A DNA stretch of 63,999 nucleotides, the filler included, from Circinaria calcarea (lineage: Eukaryota), in the NCBI GenBank assembly GCA_051942165.1. It is 18 parts of 18 records of this genome, joined end to end, with 100 filler letters (N's around TTAATTAATTAA, not from the genome) between each part and the next. Parts side by side here need not be neighbours in the genome. Positions count along the whole stretch, not along the records: positions 60,798 to 63,999 come from JAVECS010002973.1; 17 more parts are not named here. One strand, written 5' to 3'. The position numbers were made by a program, and so were the translations under genes. The notes beneath the pieces were generated by a model. It did no database searches. It was not told where the DNA came from and was given only the letters and a program-made list of their open reading frames with translations. This document shows, one piece after another, positions 63,664 through 63,999 of the stretch (the first letter of the stretch is position 1; the number at the start of each line of letters is the position of its first letter).

Positions 63664-63999
63664 TGTTATGGCGCCAGCACCATAGCATGTGCTAGACCCA
63701 GAACAGGACTAGGAGGCCGGAACGGGCCAACCCGGAAGACCGTGCTCAGTATGCTCACGTGTGATAAAAAGAATAAATAGAATAAGTAAGCATTGCTTAT
63801 AATACTTAAAGTGCTTATAAAAAGTAAATTAAATAAACGGATAATTTATATATAATAAAATATTCCCGTTTTTTAGAATAATATGCTTATAGAATTATAA
63901 CGAGTTTAATATCGATTATATTTTATATAATCGTATTTTAATTAATAAAGATTTATTATATTTCTTAATAAGCTTTAAGGATTGCAGCGTTTTTATAAC
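63664..63999 (+). mobile_element. LTR copy with RIP-type mutation
   Basis: Starts TGTTATGGCGCCAGCACCAT; the window ends ...ATAAC, consistent with a TGTTAT/ATAACA terminus; AT-shifted homolog of 34081-34430. Confidence 0.8.

Overview
This window is not contiguous DNA. It consists of 18 unrelated contigs of about 3.46-3.49 kb, ordered by decreasing length and joined by artificial 100-nt spacers (N44-TTAATTAATTAA-N44), so adjacency across a spacer means nothing. The sequence is from a filamentous ascomycete (Pezizomycotina). Contig 1 is mitochondrial DNA: the nad6 3' end, 11 tRNAs and a free-standing ORF in genetic code 4. The other contigs are intron-containing nuclear fragments, many truncated. 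They encode proline iminopeptidase, Erv41, a DUF1996/WSC protein, a PWWP-like protein, Dcp2, an SRPK-like kinase, Clr2, an Asi-type ligase, eEF2, a Zn2Cys6 factor, PI synthase, a PPPDE peptidase, Ola1, a 2OG-Fe(II) oxygenase, a EutQ-like cupin, Mgm1, mitoribosomal S6, glycine cleavage H and a TALE homeodomain protein. There are also pseudogenes and three related LTR copies with RIP-type mutation. Gene calls rest on recognised motifs, not database searches. Best leads: (1) an unassigned ~264-nt structured, Pol III-type ncRNA candidate at 58630-58893 (minus); (2) an AUG-less, presequence-like in-frame extension upstream of OLA1; (3) a mitochondrial ORF whose frame continues past an internal TAA.
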